Source: Kribbella hippodromi
GTDB taxonomy: Bacteria; Actinomycetota; Actinomycetes; Propionibacteriales; Kribbellaceae
DNA length: 24,000 nt
NCBI RefSeq assembly: GCF_039531045.1
Contig: NZ_BAAAPH010000003.1
Coordinates: forward strand, 93,551 to 117,550
Direction of reading: 5' to 3'
Both the position numbers and the translations under genes were made by a program. Of this stretch, positions 23,259 through 24,000 are shown piece by piece. Under the pieces are notes generated by a model, which was given only the letters and a program-made list of their open reading frames with translations, was not told where the DNA came from and did no database searches. How positions within the stretch are numbered: position 1 is the stretch's first letter; every line of letters starts with the position of its first letter.

Positions 23259-23278
23259 TGAAAATGATTGTCGATTCA
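23259..23278 (+). promoter_or_regulatory. Zur-box-like sequence TGAAAATGATTGTCGATTCA
   Basis: The first 15 nt match the actinobacterial Zur consensus as I recall it (TGAAAATGATTTTCA) at 13/15 positions. The outer CTGAA...TTCAG arms are inverted repeats. It lies 16-35 nt upstream of GTG 23294. Confidence 0.45.
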
Positions 23279-23293
23279 GTTAAGGTTCCGGTC

Positions 23294-24000
23294 GTGACCG
23301 CCACTCACCTGAGAATCCGCCTGCTGCCCGCTGCCGTCTGTCTGCTGCTCGGCTGTCTGCCGTTGCTGATTCCCTGGTCCGCCAAGGCTGCGGCCCCCGA
23401 GGTGCTGCGCGCGGTGCATGCCGACGTGCTGCACACGACGTACGACGGAAGTGCGCTGAAGCTGGCGACCCGGATCGGGACCGGGGACTACCGGGAGGCG
23501 GATCCGGCCGGGTTGGTGTTCAACCTGGAGGATCGTGGATCCGCCAGGGTCGAACTGCCGGAGGCTCCGGCGTTCGCGTTCCTCGGCAAGCCGGGTGACC
23601 CGGTGTGGATCGCGCCGGAGTCGCAGGATCCCGAGCTGATCTGGCCCGGCTGGGACACCGAGACGATCGCGGCCGGCCAACTGAAGGACGATGCCGTCGA
23701 CCTGACGCTCGTGGACGCTCAGGGTCCTGGTGCGGTCGAGGTGTTCTTCAACTACGACGAGTTCACCGGGGTCGTGCCTCGGCTGTTCAGCTCGGCCGAC
23801 CCGGCGTACCGGACCGTCCATCAGCCGATCGGACGGCACGTGCACGCGAACTGGTCGTTCAGCGCGCTCGGTACCTACAAGCTCACGTTCCAGGCCTCGG
23901 CTACGACGGCGGCCGGTACGGCGGTCAGCTCGGGTCCGGTGGTGTACACCGTCGTCGTCGGCCCGTACGAACCACCGATCACGCCACCGACAACACCGCC
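23294..24000 (+). CDS. Secreted choice-of-anchor-M / ABC-transporter-associated surface repeat protein, 3' end outside window
   Basis: Absent from the ORF track because it has no stop in the window. My translation from GTG 23294: VTATHLRIRLLPAAVCLLLGCLPLLIPWSAKAAAPEVLRAVHADVL...FLGKPGDPVWIAPESQDPELIWPGWDTE...GPGAVEVF...GRHVHANWSFSALGTYKLTF. It has a signal peptide and the HxD...WxxPQ...LWPGW...HxHxNWxF pattern of the actinobacterial anchored-repeat domain. The minus-strand ORF 23276..23845 is its shadow. Confidence 0.8.
   Translation, partial: MTATHLRIRLLPAAVCLLLGCLPLLIPWSAKAAAPEVLRAVHADVLHTTYDGSALKLATRIGTGDYREADPAGLVFNLEDRGSARVELPEAPAFAFLGKPGDPVWIAPESQDPELIWPGWDTETIAAGQLKDDAVDLTLVDAQGPGAVEVFFNYDEFTGVVPRLFSSADPAYRTVHQPIGRHVHANWSFSALGTYKLTFQASATTAAGTAVSSGPVVYTVVVGPYEPPITPPTTP

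Noticed and set aside
23276-23845. 189-aa minus-strand ORF at the right end
   Set aside because: It is antisense to the unlisted plus-strand gene starting at GTG 23294, which has a signal peptide and family motifs.

Overview
High-GC (roughly 70%) actinobacterial chromosomal window with about 28 supportable protein genes and no rRNA, tRNA, CRISPR array, transposase or integrase. Left to right:
- a partial hydroxypyruvate-isomerase-like gene, then a LysR regulator divergent from an EamA/DMT exporter;
- an envelope-sensing locus (2741-7379): a membrane protein with a hexapeptide-repeat N-terminus, ATGA-coupled to a small 4-TM protein, facing a possible acidic repeat ORF, a NarL-type histidine kinase and a LuxR-type response regulator;
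- a YafY/WYL regulator divergent from an epoxide hydrolase;
- a Phd/YefM-like antitoxin and RelE/ParE-like toxin pair;
- a lower-GC restriction-modification island (10790-13752): NaeI-family endonuclease, Vsr and a C5-cytosine methyltransferase with an unusual C-terminal extension;
- two LysR plus aldo/keto-reductase pairs, a SnoaL-like lipoprotein, and a third LysR divergent from a 138-aa unknown;
- a GNAT acetyltransferase and an L,D-transpeptidase lipoprotein;
- a metal ABC transporter (permease, ATPase, lipoprotein binding protein) divergent from a partial choice-of-anchor-M surface protein, with two Zur/Fur-like boxes between them.

Most worth a second look:
- the coding-like 600-bp gap and tandem repeats around the kinase;
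- the methyltransferase extension with its upstream palindrome;
- a thrice-repeated CTGGTCnGACCA palindrome;
- the paired metalloregulator boxes;
- a kb-scale mosaic of opposite G/C skew that flips inside ORFs.

All family assignments come from motif recognition by eye, without database searches. I found no clear-cut undescribed system, only the candidates above.
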